Source: Mobula hypostoma
Lineage: Eukaryota
Direction of reading: 5' to 3'
NCBI RefSeq assembly: GCF_963921235.1
Contig: NC_086097.1
Span: forward strand, 124,188,001 to 124,252,000
DNA: 64,000 nt
The notes beneath the pieces were generated by a model that was not told where the DNA came from, ran no database searches, and saw only the letters and a program-made list of their open reading frames with translations. Of this stretch, positions 63,525 through 64,000 are shown one piece after another. Made by a program: the position numbers and the translations under genes. Each line of letters starts with the position of its first letter. Within the stretch, counting starts at the first letter, position 1.

Positions 63525-63740
63525 TCTTTTTTATTTAGAGGTACTATGCGGTAACAAGCCCTTCGAACCAACAAGCCCAAGCCAGCCAATTACACTGTAA
63601 CCTACTAACCCATATGTTTTTTGAATGTGGGAGGAAACCCACAAAGTCATGGGGAGAATGTGTGAACTCCTTACAGACAGTGACAGGAATCAAACCTGGA
63701 TCACTAGCGCTGTAATAGCTTCACATTACCATGCTGCCCG
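63525..63740 (-). mobile_element. Degenerate V-SINE/HE1-like SINE
   Basis: tgtgggaggaaacccacaaagtcatggggagaatgtgtgaactccttacagacag...ggaatcaaacc. Confidence 0.55.
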
Positions 63741-64000
63741 AGCTTATCCCTTGCAATTCACTGACCAATAACATTCCTGAAAAAAAAATTGCTGCATTTC
63801 AGCTACCACTATTATTGTTAAACACAAGAAACCTCAGGACCATCCACTGTCATGTCTCATTATTAGCATGTCCTTTCTTACAAGCAGGTCCAGTTATGCG
63901 AATTAACTCAAGTCTATGGCATTACAGCCCAAAATGGAGTTGATGACTTCTGACTGAGGGATGAGAATTGGTGGGAGATGATCATTGCTATCCATGGTTA

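Noticed and set aside
43304..64000. RNF19A non-coding exon 1 or promoter
   Set aside because: No CpG island or convincing exon seen; the region is mostly repeats, so exon 1 is probably outside the window, though a small non-coding exon cannot be excluded.

Overview
AT-rich, repeat-dense vertebrate genomic DNA. The mix of CR1, HE1/V-SINE-like, Rex1/Babar, Penelope and Tc1/hAT repeats suggests a cartilaginous fish such as a ray (inferred). The window holds the complete coding region of one gene on the minus strand: the RING-IBR-RING (RBR) E3 ubiquitin ligase RNF19A (Dorfin). I traced nine GT-AG, phase-compatible coding exons from 43144 down to 4384 (2505 nt, 834 aa). The non-coding first exon and promoter were not found and probably lie beyond 64000. 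Almost everything else is transposon-derived, often nested. Highlights: (1) a young, non-coding, about 265-bp palindromic retro-element, present twice with 13-14 bp TSDs, derived from Penelope termini and carrying a minimal hammerhead-ribozyme motif in each arm; (2) an apparent 38-aa in-frame extension of RNF19A coding exon 2, in the IBR-RING2 linker; (3) two about 99%-identical inverted CR1 copies bracketing all RNF19A coding exons; (4) a hAT-in-hAT composite with both TSDs intact, a TSD-flanked L1, and an internally deleted bipartite Rex1/Babar element. Comparisons with human RNF19A and repeat-family assignments come from recall, not database searches.
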